A stretch of 64,000 nt of DNA, taken from contig JAUCBJ010002052.1 in the NCBI GenBank assembly GCA_032718475.1, positions 1 through 64,000 on the forward strand. The letters are read 5' to 3'. Source of the DNA: Nemertoderma westbladi. Lineage: Eukaryota; Animalia; Xenacoelomorpha. The position numbers and the translations under genes are program-made. The notes under the pieces were generated by a model. That model did not search any database, was not told the origin of the DNA, and saw only the letters and a list, made by a program, of their open reading frames with translations. Below, in pieces: positions 63,933-64,000 of this stretch. Each line of letters opens with the position of its first letter. The first letter of the stretch is position 1.

Positions 63933-64000
63933 ATCCTGGAAAGCCTATTCAAAGCTGCCCATGCCTTTCCCTTACGTATTCGAAGGTCCTCACCTGACTC
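63932..64000 (-). mobile_element. RTE LINE fragment running off the window
   Basis: ATCCTGGAAAGCCTATTCAA...CCTCACCTGACT matches 9743-9809. Confidence 0.85.

Overview
Repeat-rich, AT-rich animal (probably invertebrate) genomic DNA, not prokaryotic. The first 26 kb holds two related BEL/Pao LTR retroelements arranged head-to-head. Copy A (minus strand, 1-7226) is cut by the window edge and its gag is disrupted. Copy B (10027-26251) is complete: 1170-bp LTRs, a 5-bp AGTAC target duplication, and insertion into an RTE LINE. B encodes an open Gag-protease ORF with RT, RNase H and integrase cores deleted, plus a decayed extra ORF, and it hosts a nested DNA transposon. The most striking observation: neither copy has a tRNA-type (TGG) primer-binding site. 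Instead the 11 nt abutting the 5' LTR are the exact reverse complement of an 11-mer 464 nt inside the LTR, the geometry of Tf1-type self-priming. The remainder contains RTE LINE fragments, tRNA-derived SINEs, MITEs, foldback and piggyBac-like elements and satellites. Host genes are a candidate cyclic-peptide precursor exon, three exons of a hemopexin-repeat gene, and a two-exon HELZ/HELZ2-like multi-zinc-finger SF1 helicase. All alignments were done by eye; no database searches were run.
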